Positions 19,404-28,918 of a DNA stretch of 64,000 nucleotides are shown here, in pieces; positions within the stretch are counted from its first letter, which is position 1, and each line of letters opens with the position of its first letter. Both the position numbers and the translations under genes were made by a program. Below the pieces are notes generated by a model. That model made no database searches. It saw only the letters and a list, made by a program, of their open reading frames with translations, and had not been told where the DNA came from. This DNA is from an uncultured Ignavibacteriales bacterium (GTDB lineage Bacteria; Bacteroidota; Ignavibacteria; Ignavibacteriales; Ignavibacteriaceae), in the NCBI GenBank assembly GCA_963706055.1, contig CAVPND010000052.1, positions 10,712-74,711 of the forward strand. Direction: 5' to 3'.

Positions 19404-19934
19404 ATGACAAACCTATCAAAAAAACTTGTTGATGAATTTGACTCTTTAATTAATGAATATTTAACCAGCCTTAATAATTATACTGAAGATGACTTACTAA
19501 AAAAATCTGATGATGATAGTTGGTCGTTGGGACAAATGTATAATCATCTGATTAGGGGAACAGAAATATTTCATTTAGCAAAAGTTGGTGAATGTTTAAA
19601 CAGTGATTCCAATTCTGACAAAAGGAAAAAATTTCCAGGAAAATTAGTTTTCTTAATTGGCGGATTTCCACCACGAAAAATAAAGGTCCCACCCTCCCCG
19701 CAATATACACCCAAACAGCCTGCAAATAAAAAAGAATTACAGGATGGTCTTACCCATCTTAAAAACTTATTTAGAGAAAGGGTAAATGAAATTAGCAATA
19801 AGCCAGGCAAAGGAAAAAGTGAGCACCCTGCTTTGGGATATTTAACATTCGTTGAATGGATTAAACTCATTAATATGCATTTCAAACATCATAAAAGACA
19901 AAAGCAGAGGTTAGAAGATTATACTAAAATATAA
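19404..19934 (+). CDS. DinB-family (four-helix-bundle metal-binding) protein
   Basis: 176 aa. WSLGQMYNHLIRGTEIF ... EWIKLINMHFKHHKRQ His pattern typical of DinB_2-like proteins. Confidence 0.65.
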   Translation: MTNLSKKLVDEFDSLINEYLTSLNNYTEDDLLKKSDDDSWSLGQMYNHLIRGTEIFHLAKVGECLNSDSNSDKRKKFPGKLVFLIGGFPPRKIKVPPSPQYTPKQPANKKELQDGLTHLKNLFRERVNEISNKPGKGKSEHPALGYLTFVEWIKLINMHFKHHKRQKQRLEDYTKI

Positions 19935-20005
19935 TCGAGAATAATATTCGATTAATTTTAATTATTAATGAATAGTTTAAAGAGAGGTGACAAAAAATAG
20001 TAATA

Positions 20006-20992
20006 TTAATTTTTAAACGGATTGACTCTGTCTTTATCAAAATTTGGGCGATAATTTTCCGAACTATCCATTTCCTGTATCCAGCCATTGTGCAATCCAT
20101 ATTTTTCTAATAAGTTTAAAGCTTTTTCGTATTCAGAATTTCGTAATGTGCGATCCAATAAAATATTTTTGCTCGTTTTGTTTGTCGGATAATACTGTGA
20201 CATTAATGAGATGTGAACATTTTGGCTTAACTCTTCTGCAATAAATTTAAAAACTTTTTCTGTTTCTGATAAATCATTTGGCAGAATCAGGTGTCTTATT
20301 ATCATTCCACGAACAGCAACATCGCCATCATAAATAAGTTGATCTCCAACCTGTCGATACATTTCTTTTAAGGCTTCTTTAGTTTTTTCAAAATAGTCGT
20401 CAACCAAAGAATATTTTGTTGCATACTCGCTGCTGCCGTATTTAAAATCCGGAAGATAAATATCAACAACCCCATCATAAAGTTTTAACATATCAACAGA
20501 ATCATATCCATTTGTATTATAAATTATCGGAAGATCTAATCCTTGTTCGGCGGCAATGTAAATTGATTTTAAAATAGTTGCAGAGAAATGTGTTGGTGAT
20601 ACGAGTCCAATATTATGGCAATCCCTGTTTTGTAATTCAATCATTATCTCAGCTAATCGTTCGTGTGTAACCTTATTTTGACTCTCTGATTTTGGATTCT
20701 GACTTATCTCAAAATTCTGGCAGTAAATACATTTAAGGTTACAGTTACCAAAGAAAATGTTTCCAGCTCCCTTTGTTCCTGATAAAACTGGCTCCTCTCC
20801 AAAATGTGGAGTATAAGATGAAACAATCGGTAAATACCCGCTTGTACAAATTCCAAGTTCACCATTAATACGATTTACGTTGCAATCCCTGGGGCAGCTT
20901 GTACAGGAGTTTAAATTGATGAACGCTTTTTCAGCACGATCTTTTAATATGTCACTATGTAAAAGCTCTATATATGATGGAGTGAAATTCAT
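20006..20992 (-). CDS. radical SAM protein, PflX-like (pyruvate formate-lyase activase homologue)
   Basis: 328 aa. CX3CX2C in FFGNCNLKCIYCQN. N-terminal extra Cys cluster LNSCTSCPRDCNVNRINGELGIC. Confidence 0.8.
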   Translation of the reverse strand: MNFTPSYIELLHSDILKDRAEKAFINLNSCTSCPRDCNVNRINGELGICTSGYLPIVSSYTPHFGEEPVLSGTKGAGNIFFGNCNLKCIYCQNFEISQNPKSESQNKVTHERLAEIMIELQNRDCHNIGLVSPTHFSATILKSIYIAAEQGLDLPIIYNTNGYDSVDMLKLYDGVVDIYLPDFKYGSSEYATKYSLVDDYFEKTKEALKEMYRQVGDQLIYDGDVAVRGMIIRHLILPNDLSETEKVFKFIAEELSQNVHISLMSQYYPTNKTSKNILLDRTLRNSEYEKALNLLEKYGLHNGWIQEMDSSENYRPNFDKDRVNPFKN

Positions 20993-21041
20993 TTTATAAA
21001 TGTAGAATATTTGATTTAAATGAATAATAACGTTGAATTAA

Positions 21042-22448
21042 CTAAACCTTAATCGTTTTCCATTTTCCTTTTTTGAAAAGAAAATATCCAAGGATGGAAA
21101 AAGTAGATTCTGAAATCACAATCGAATAGTATGCGCCTTCTGCACCAAATCCCAAATTTATAGCCAACATATATGCGAGCGGAATTTGAAGAAACCAAAA
21201 GACAAATAGATTCATTATCGTTGGAGTTTTTGTATCACCTGCACCATTAAAGGCTTGCACTAAAACCATCCCAAATGCGTAAAATAGATAGCCCATCGCA
21301 AATATGTTTAAACACTTTGAGGCATTATCAACAACTTCCTTTTCATTAGTAAAAAATGATGAAATATTATCTCCGAATAGAAAGAAGATAATCATCACAC
21401 TTCCCATAAAGATCATATTAAATAAACCCGTTCTCCATACAGCTTTTTCTGCTCGGGCTGGTTGATTTGCACCAAGATTTTGCCCGACCATTGTTGCTGC
21501 AGCATTTGAAAATCCCCATGCAGGCAGTAGTGTAAAAATTACAATTCTGATTGCAATTGTATATCCTGCAAGGGCCGCGCTTCCAAATGTAGAAATTATG
21601 CGCATCAAAAAAATCCAACTTGCGGATGAGATAATAAATTGTGCTGTAACACCGGCTGAGAGTTTAATAAGCTTAAAAATAATTTTAGGCTTTAGCTGCC
21701 AATTGTTTTTGTGAATTTTAATCAAGCCCTTACCTTTTTTTAAATGGTATAGCTGATAAAAAATTCCAAATGATCTTCCAATAATAGTAGCAACTGCGGC
21801 GCCATCAATTCCTAGTTTAGGAAAGGGGCCAATACCAAAAATAAACATTGGGTCAAGAAAAATATTGAAAATATTTGCAATCCATAATGATCTCATTGCA
21901 AGTGCCGCATCTCCTGCCCCACGAAAAATTCCATTGATTAGAAAAAGTAGAATTACAATAAGATTAAAACTTAACGTAAGCTTTGTATATCCAGACCCCT
22001 CTAAAATAACCTCTTGAGATGCCCCCATTATTTTAAGTAAATATTCAGAAAAGAAAATTCCGACAATCATAATAGGAACAGATATCATTAGGGCTAGATA
22101 AATTGACTGCACGGCAGATACGGATGCACCGTCATTATCTCCTTCACCAACTCTTCTTGCAATCATTGCTGTTGTACCCATTGCTAATCCCCATCCAAGC
22201 GAGTAAGATATGGTGAGCATAGATTCAGTCAAACCAACAACGGCAATTGCGTTAACTCCTATTTTGCTCACAAAAAATATATCCACAATTGCAAACAAAG
22301 ATTCCATTATCATTTCGAGTGTCATCGGAATAGCAAGCAGAATAATTGCACGATTAATATTTCCGTGCAAAATATTTGTATCATTACCCGATAAGGCGAG
22401 TTTAAAGATATTAATTACATATAATATTTTTTTAGAAATAAAGTTCAT
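21042..22448 (-). CDS. MATE-family efflux transporter
   Basis: 468 aa, about 12 hydrophobic helices. LAIPMTLEMIMESLFAIVDIFFVSKIG and internal duplication typical of NorM/MATE. Confidence 0.85.
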   Translation of the reverse strand: MNFISKKILYVINIFKLALSGNDTNILHGNINRAIILLAIPMTLEMIMESLFAIVDIFFVSKIGVNAIAVVGLTESMLTISYSLGWGLAMGTTAMIARRVGEGDNDGASVSAVQSIYLALMISVPIMIVGIFFSEYLLKIMGASQEVILEGSGYTKLTLSFNLIVILLFLINGIFRGAGDAALAMRSLWIANIFNIFLDPMFIFGIGPFPKLGIDGAAVATIIGRSFGIFYQLYHLKKGKGLIKIHKNNWQLKPKIIFKLIKLSAGVTAQFIISSASWIFLMRIISTFGSAALAGYTIAIRIVIFTLLPAWGFSNAAATMVGQNLGANQPARAEKAVWRTGLFNMIFMGSVMIIFFLFGDNISSFFTNEKEVVDNASKCLNIFAMGYLFYAFGMVLVQAFNGAGDTKTPTIMNLFVFWFLQIPLAYMLAINLGFGAEGAYYSIVISESTFSILGYFLFKKGKWKTIKV

Positions 22449-22731
22449 AGATCACAAAATTAATCGAGGTAAAATAATTATGTCAATAAATCGGATTTTA
22501 ATATTGTGAAGATATATAATGATTTTATAAGACTAAAGAGGTCGTTTGATAGTTGGAAGAATGAACATTTATGAAATCACTTAGCTTATGGGTGTGATAA
22601 TTATCATAAGATTAAAAAAGAAAATGTTAGTGAATTTTATTTATAGCTTTATTGTTATATGTTTACTTTCAACAAAACGATTGAGCAAATTAGTTAAATA
22701 AATTTTTAATAGTTATGCATTATTTGGAGTA

Positions 22732-23379
22732 ATGATGAAAATTGGGATTTTGGGCTCTGGCGTGGTTGGACAAACTTTAGGGCTTGGATTTATCAAACAT
22801 GGTCATCAGGTTAGAATTGGAACAAGTAATCCAGACAAACTTAGTGAATGGCTAAGCAAATCAGGAGCAAATGGTTCGCGTGGTTCGTTTGCTGATGCTG
22901 CAAAATTCGGTGATTTAATTGTTCTTGCTGTTAAAGGAACTGCGGCACTTACAGCTTTGGAAAAAGCGGGGAATGAAAATTTTACTGGTAAAACAATAAT
23001 GGATGCAACAAATCCAATTGCAGAAGTTCCTCCTGTAAACGGAGTGTTACAATTTTTTACAAATATAAACTCATCTTTAATGGAAGAACTTCAAAGCAAA
23101 TATCCTCAAGCAAATTTTGTTAAAGCATTTAGTTGTGTTGGAAATGCCCTAATGGTTAATCCTGATTTCGGTGGACAGAAACCAACGATGTTTATTGCTG
23201 GTAATAACGATGATTCTAAAAATGTCGTTAAAAATATTTTAAATGCCTTTGGTTGGGACGTTGAAGATATGGGGAAAGCAGAAGCAGCACGAGCAATTGA
23301 ACCACTCTGTATTTTATGGTGCATTCCCGGGTTTTTAGAAAACAGATGGATGCACGCATTCAAACTATTAAAAAAATAA
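22732..23379 (+). CDS. NADP-binding oxidoreductase (F420-dependent NADP reductase / ProC-like Rossmann family)
   Basis: 215 aa. MKIGILGSGVVGQTLG Rossmann motif. GGAG is better spaced for the second ATG at 22735. Confidence 0.7.
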   Translation: MMKIGILGSGVVGQTLGLGFIKHGHQVRIGTSNPDKLSEWLSKSGANGSRGSFADAAKFGDLIVLAVKGTAALTALEKAGNENFTGKTIMDATNPIAEVPPVNGVLQFFTNINSSLMEELQSKYPQANFVKAFSCVGNALMVNPDFGGQKPTMFIAGNNDDSKNVVKNILNAFGWDVEDMGKAEAARAIEPLCILWCIPGFLENRWMHAFKLLKK

Positions 23380-23427
23380 TTAATAGCATTTTTGATATTA
23401 CGATATAGACAAAGGAATTTGAAAATT

Positions 23428-24093
23428 ATGACAGCACCCCCCAAAATAATAACCGTTGCATATACCCTGTTTTTTATAACCGTATTCTTAACGGGCTGCA
23501 AAGAAAGCAAATCGGAAATAAAACAAAAGAATAACAAAATAATGAATGAACAAAATTTAAATTTAGAAACTGCAACATTTGGTTCCGGATGTTTCTGGTG
23601 TACAGAAGCAATTTTTGAAAGAGTGAAGGGAGTTAGTTCTGTTGTTTCAGGCTACTCGGGTGGAAGTGTTGCGAATCCAACATATAATGAAGTTTGTAAT
23701 GGTACCACAGGACATGCAGAATGTACACAAATTACTTTTGATCCTGCTGTTATAACATACGATGAACTTCTTGAAATATTCTGGAAGACACACGATCCCA
23801 CTACATTAAACAGACAGGGTAACGATGTAGGAACACAATACCGCTCTGTTATTTTTTATCATAATGATGAGCAAAAACAAAAAGCAGAATATTATAAGAA
23901 TAAATTAAACGATGAAAAAATTTGGGATAATAATATCGTAACCGAAATATCAAAGTTTGAAAAATTCTATCCTGCGGAGGATTATCATCAGGAGTATTAT
24001 GAAAATAATCCAAACCAGGGATACTGTGCATATGTTATCACACCAAAAGTAGAAAAATTTGAAAAGATATTTAAAGATAAACTGAAGAAATAA
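23428..24093 (+). CDS. msrA: peptide-methionine (S)-S-oxide reductase MsrA, possibly lipoprotein form
   Basis: [12 protein letters not shown] active-site motif and the rest of the MsrA fold. The ORF track starts at 23392. ATG 23428 gives [24 protein letters not shown] (lipobox-like LTGC); ATG 23542 would give a cytoplasmic form. Confidence 0.85.
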   Translation: MTAPPKIITVAYTLFFITVFLTGCKESKSEIKQKNNKIMNEQNLNLETATFGSGCFWCTEAIFERVKGVSSVVSGYSGGSVANPTYNEVCNGTTGHAECTQITFDPAVITYDELLEIFWKTHDPTTLNRQGNDVGTQYRSVIFYHNDEQKQKAEYYKNKLNDEKIWDNNIVTEISKFEKFYPAEDYHQEYYENNPNQGYCAYVITPKVEKFEKIFKDKLKK

Positions 24094-24135
24094 TTATTCG
24101 GTTTATTTTCAATAATCATAAAAAGGAGGCTGTTT

Positions 24136-24624
24136 ATGAAAGTATCTTTCTTTTTGATTGTATTCGTTGTCCTTTCAACAACATTATTTGCTCAGACGCA
24201 AAATGATTTTTTGCACTTTAAATCTTATGCAGGTGATTATAAATCTTATGATATTCTTGAAGATAAAAAACTTAAACCCATTTTGAAAAAAATATTGGGA
24301 AAAGACTATCAGCATTTTGTTTCTAACTTAGATGTAATTGGGTCTGTTGATTTAATAAGCGGCGGAATTTGCCTTGAGGGAAATGCATCCCACAAAGGTG
24401 GAGAAGAAATGGCTAAACTTGATGTAAATCTTTATACTGGAATTGTTACTGCTGCAATTCTTTCGAAAGGGAAGATAGATGTTTACACAGATAGAAAAGA
24501 TTATAAAAAACAGGATAAAGACAATTACATGAATCTTCCAATAAGTATTAAAGATTGGGTGGCACTAATTGTAACTGATTTGAAATACAGGTTTGATAAG
24601 CCTTCAATTTTAGCCTTCAAATAA
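24136..24624 (+). CDS. hypothetical secreted protein
   Basis: 162 aa. AGGAGG 6 nt upstream. Signal peptide MKVSFFLIVFVVLSTTLFAQ. No recognisable motif. Confidence 0.6.
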   Translation: MKVSFFLIVFVVLSTTLFAQTQNDFLHFKSYAGDYKSYDILEDKKLKPILKKILGKDYQHFVSNLDVIGSVDLISGGICLEGNASHKGGEEMAKLDVNLYTGIVTAAILSKGKIDVYTDRKDYKKQDKDNYMNLPISIKDWVALIVTDLKYRFDKPSILAFK

Positions 24625-24759
24625 CAAATTATTTAATTTATTTATATTCAAAATAAAGTTGAGGAAGATAATATATTTTCAGCCCATCCTGTTATCACTT
24701 CAACTTTACTTCTTAATTGTTATATAAAAGAAAAATTTTAAGCCTTTATATTAAATAAC

Positions 24760-24795
24760 AAGCCCAATCAGTTAAACTGAGTTGGGCTTATTATT
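24760..24795. terminator. hairpin between convergent genes (probable bidirectional terminator)
   Basis: aagcccaatcag-ttaaa-ctgagttgggctt (12-bp stem with one bulge) followed by attatt. Lies between 24136..24624(+) and 24843..26957(-). Confidence 0.55.
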
Positions 24796-24842
24796 AATTA
24801 GCTTAAAAATCCATATAAAGCATAGATTTAACTTTATTGGGA

Positions 24843-26957
24843 TTACTTAATCAAAATCATTTTTTTTGTTTCAACTAAGGAACCAGCAGTGAGCTTATAA
24901 AAATATACTCCGCTTGAAAGATAAGAAGCATTAAAATTTATTTCATAGTTTCCTGCGGTTTTAATTTCATTTACCAATGTTGCAACTTCATTTCCAAGCA
25001 GATCAAAAACTTTTAGCTGTACAAATTGTCTACTGCCTAATTCATACCGAATACTTGTCGTTGGATTAAAAGGATTCGGATAGTTTTGTTCAAGGATAAA
25101 ACTATTTAAAACTTGGTTATTATTTTCATCAACAGAGGTGATTGCAGAAGTTGTGCGATAAATTCCCATCTTCTCAGCAGCCGCAAACAAAATATCACCA
25201 CTTCCAAAAGTAAGATCTATTATTCTACAGTTAAATATTCCCGAAGTAAAAGGGGTCCATGTTTGACCAAGATCATTAGATCTTGAGGTAGAATTGTAAC
25301 CACCGGCAAAAATACTTCCATTACTATTAATAGCAAGCGAAAGCGCACCATCTGTTAAACCAGAAACATCTTTTGTCCAGGAATTTCCAGCATCGGTAGA
25401 ACGATAAACGCCATCGCTTGTACCAAAATAAATATCACCATTAGAATGTTCAGCCATGGAAAACGAATATCCACTTACACCACCCCCAACATCAATCCAA
25501 TCATCGCCATTGTTCGTTGATTTGTAAACTTCTTCATCAAAAAGATAATAAAGATCACCAGTTGAACTTACAAATAGGTCATAAACATATCCCGAAACGC
25601 TCGTATCTGTAATTTCAATCCAGTTTGCTGCACTTCTAGGTGATCTAAAAATTTTTCCATCCCACCCTGCTGCATAATAATAATCGTCACTTACAGCAAG
25701 TTTTTGTATTGCTTGATTTGTCAATCCTGTGCTAAATGAATTCCAAGTCGAAAAATCAGTAGAAGTCTTTACTCCATTATAAACATTATATACAATCAAT
25801 CCACCGGAAGGAATAGCTTCTACTGTTCTTATGTATGTGTCCTCTTCATAATTAACAATCGTAATTTTATTCCAGGTGTTTCCATTATCAGTTGATGAAT
25901 AAAGTCCTTTTCCTGTAATTGAAGCGTATAGATTTCCCGAAGCATCACTTACAACAGAGCTAACATCTGTAGAAGTTAAACCACTTGTATAATTATTCCA
26001 GGTAATACCAGAATCGGTTGATTTTATTACACCGGAATTTTGTGTTGTTGCCCAAACATTATCGTTGTTATCAATATAAGAACTTTGGAATCCAAACCCA
26101 TTAAAAGTTGTTGTAATGTTTATCCAGTTTGTTCCGCCATTTGTAGATTTATAAAGCTGTTGAACAATGGTTACATAAAGATCTCCATTTGATGTGAAAT
26201 CTATATCTGAAGTATACGGTAGAGATAAATCTCCCTGTATTGAAACCCAGCTATTTCCATTATCGGTTGATTTTAGAGGCCCAGCGCCGGCAGTGGAAAT
26301 AAAAATTTCACCTGAAGTGTTTGAATTAAAACTTGTTACATAAAAAGTAGTATCATATCCAGAATTTGATTGAACCCAATTAGCTCCAAAATCTGTAGAT
26401 TTATAAATTCCCCTATATATATCAGAAGCCAATAGAATATCATTTGTTGTAAAAACAACTTTCCGAAAATATTTGGAAGATGGGAAGCCGTTGTTGGTTT
26501 GTGCCCAACTATTGCCACCATCGGTTGATTTGTAAATTCCATTATAATTATTGGTAACATAAATATTTCCAGAATCATCAACTGCAATATCTTCAGCATA
26601 TCCATTTTGCGGAAAACTAACATCTACTTTATTCCAAGTAACACCTTGATCAGTTGATTTATAAATGGACCGAAGTGTTCCGGCATAAACATCACCGGCG
26701 GGACTAGTCTTTAAAACAAAAACACCAATGTTATCTATACTGTTGGAAATTGAATACCAGTTTTCACCTCCATCAGTTGATCTGAAGAGACCGCCGTTAA
26801 TAGATCCAGCCAGAAAAATATTATCAGTTACCTTAAGTATTGTGCTGGTAGCCCCACCATCAATTCCCGAGGGCTCCCAGAGATTTTGAGCAAAAGAAAT
26901 GTTACAAACAGAAAAAAAGAAAACTAAACCGGTTATAAATGAATAAATATACTTCAT
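24843..26957 (-). CDS. BNR/Asp-box repeat beta-propeller protein (VPS10/GH74-like) with T9SS sorting domain
   Basis: 704 aa with a signal peptide. About 12 SxDxGxxW boxes (STDGGENW, STDQGVTW, STDGGNSW, STDFGANW, STDNGNSW...). C-terminus QNYPNPFNPTTSIRY..SSGVYFYKLTAGSLVETKKMILIK. Confidence 0.8.
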   Translation of the reverse strand: MKYIYSFITGLVFFFSVCNISFAQNLWEPSGIDGGATSTILKVTDNIFLAGSINGGLFRSTDGGENWYSISNSIDNIGVFVLKTSPAGDVYAGTLRSIYKSTDQGVTWNKVDVSFPQNGYAEDIAVDDSGNIYVTNNYNGIYKSTDGGNSWAQTNNGFPSSKYFRKVVFTTNDILLASDIYRGIYKSTDFGANWVQSNSGYDTTFYVTSFNSNTSGEIFISTAGAGPLKSTDNGNSWVSIQGDLSLPYTSDIDFTSNGDLYVTIVQQLYKSTNGGTNWINITTTFNGFGFQSSYIDNNDNVWATTQNSGVIKSTDSGITWNNYTSGLTSTDVSSVVSDASGNLYASITGKGLYSSTDNGNTWNKITIVNYEEDTYIRTVEAIPSGGLIVYNVYNGVKTSTDFSTWNSFSTGLTNQAIQKLAVSDDYYYAAGWDGKIFRSPRSAANWIEITDTSVSGYVYDLFVSSTGDLYYLFDEEVYKSTNNGDDWIDVGGGVSGYSFSMAEHSNGDIYFGTSDGVYRSTDAGNSWTKDVSGLTDGALSLAINSNGSIFAGGYNSTSRSNDLGQTWTPFTSGIFNCRIIDLTFGSGDILFAAAEKMGIYRTTSAITSVDENNNQVLNSFILEQNYPNPFNPTTSIRYELGSRQFVQLKVFDLLGNEVATLVNEIKTAGNYEINFNASYLSSGVYFYKLTAGSLVETKKMILIK

Positions 26958-27300
26958 CTTTGCCTCCTGAAGTTTAATAAATTAGTAAGCAGTAAAAACA
27001 TATGCTTAATTGTAATAATTAATATATATAAAATATTGTGAATGCGGTATTCAAAATTTTAATGAATTCTAAGAAATTTAAGAATTGAAATAAATTCCAC
27101 ATTCTTCAGTGAAGGCATTCTATTGTAAACCCAAATAAAATCTGTTTGAACATGCGGGCAATTCTATTCATCGCTGAACACTTAGTAATAGAAAAGTGCT
27201 TTTGTAGTTAAATGGACTAAAAAGTTTATCAGTGCAATAGAAAAGATTAAGTATAAATGATTTTGTTTCCAATTCTCATATTTGAAGTCAATTTCTGAAT

Positions 27301-28764
27301 TTAATTTTTAATAACTCCATTAATTGTGCAGTTATCACAATTGCCGCAGGGTTTTTCACCGGGAAAACCAAAATAATCTGAAATAAAAACTCTCCGGCAT
27401 TTTTCTCCTCGAAAATAATTAACAACTGATAAAAGTTTTTTATTATCATTTAAAAGTTTTTCTTGGAGATGATCTTCATCCTGTAAAATATCCGGAAGTT
27501 CATTTACTATTTGCAGGTTTTGTTTTTCAATTTCCCCTTCAGTAACGCCATAGCGATCAAGCATTGCGAGCGCAGTTTCAACCCGAAAGTCACTTTTGTT
27601 CTTAAAACTTATTTGTTCGCGGATGTAATCAACTCCGCTTGAATTTATGATACCGATTTCCCGTTTTAAAATATCATACATTGCAGAATAAAAATTAGCA
27701 TCAGGATTAGACCATTTAATAAATTGCATTTGCGTGTAAAGATCTTCTTGGTTGTAAAGTAAAACACAAACAGATGCTTTACCATCTCTGCCAGCGCGCC
27801 CTATTTCTTGATAGTAAGATTCTATTGACGATGGAACTTCTGCATGAATCACGAACCTAATATCCGCTTTGTCAATCCCCATTCCAAAAGCATTGGTTGC
27901 AAGTATTAATTTTTGTTTGCCACTAAGAAAATCCCTCTGCATACTTTTTCTTTGTCTGTCTTCCAATTTGCCATGATAAACACCATGTTTAAATCCAATA
28001 TCACCAAGAAGTTCCGAAAAATTTTCTAATGTTTTAATTAGAGAAAAATAAATTATTCCACAACCATCATACTTTTCTAAAGTTGAAATTATTTCACGTA
28101 GTTTTTCCTTATCATCAAAAACATCCACAGCCTCTAATCTTAAATTTGGGCGTTCAATTCCGTGGTGAAAAATCTTAATCTGATCATTGTTGAGATTAAG
28201 TTTTTTAATTATGTCTTTTTGAACTTCTATTGTTGCTGTTGCAGTTAATGCGATAGTTAATGGATTGTCAAGAAGTTCTCTAAACTGCCCGATTCTCGAA
28301 TAATCAGGGCGAAAATCGTGTCCCCACTCTGAAATACAATGTGCTTCATCAACAGCTAGCAAATCTATTTTTACTTTTTTTATTTGCTCTATAAAATCGT
28401 GTTTGCGAAATCTTTCGGGTGTTACATAAAGTAATTTAATTTTTCCATCAATAAAATCCGTTAATCTTTTTTCTCTTTCTTGTTTGGATAAAGTTGAGTT
28501 GATAAACGCTGCAGGAATATTTTTCTTTCTTAGCACATCAACCTGATCCTGCATAAGTGCAATTAGCGGACTTATAACTATTGTTCTGTTATCAAAATAA
28601 AGTGCGGGAATTTGATAACACAAAGATTTACCACTGCCTGTTGGCATTAATACAAGAGACGATTTTTTTTCATCAATAGTTCTTCTAATAATTTCTTCTT
28701 GTCCAACTTTAAAAGAATGGTAATTGAAATGCTCTTCTAATATTGTGTGTATGTTTTTATTCAT
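27301..28764 (-). CDS. recQ: RecQ-family ATP-dependent DNA helicase, short form ending at the zinc-binding module
   Basis: 487 aa. LVLMPTGSGKSLCYQIPAL (motif I), DEAHCISEWGHDFRPDY (motif II), C-terminal ..CRRVFISDYFG....CGNCDNC. No winged-helix or HRDC region follows. Confidence 0.85.
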   Translation of the reverse strand: MNKNIHTILEEHFNYHSFKVGQEEIIRRTIDEKKSSLVLMPTGSGKSLCYQIPALYFDNRTIVISPLIALMQDQVDVLRKKNIPAAFINSTLSKQEREKRLTDFIDGKIKLLYVTPERFRKHDFIEQIKKVKIDLLAVDEAHCISEWGHDFRPDYSRIGQFRELLDNPLTIALTATATIEVQKDIIKKLNLNNDQIKIFHHGIERPNLRLEAVDVFDDKEKLREIISTLEKYDGCGIIYFSLIKTLENFSELLGDIGFKHGVYHGKLEDRQRKSMQRDFLSGKQKLILATNAFGMGIDKADIRFVIHAEVPSSIESYYQEIGRAGRDGKASVCVLLYNQEDLYTQMQFIKWSNPDANFYSAMYDILKREIGIINSSGVDYIREQISFKNKSDFRVETALAMLDRYGVTEGEIEKQNLQIVNELPDILQDEDHLQEKLLNDNKKLLSVVNYFRGEKCRRVFISDYFGFPGEKPCGNCDNCTINGVIKN

Positions 28765-28918
28765 AATAAGCTTAAATAATAATTGTAATTTAATAATTTA
28801 TAATTGTAGTTATTTATATTATTTATTATCACATTTAATCGTGCAATAAAAAAAACTTTGTTAACGAAGTTTTTAATAATATCTACAAAGTGTAATTCTC
28901 GCATTAGAGGGAAAAAGT

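Noticed and set aside
23106-23537. 143-aa minus-strand ORF
   Set aside because: It is antisense to the 3-prime end of the NADP oxidoreductase and the 5-prime end of msrA. It has no motif, and both sense genes have clear family signatures.
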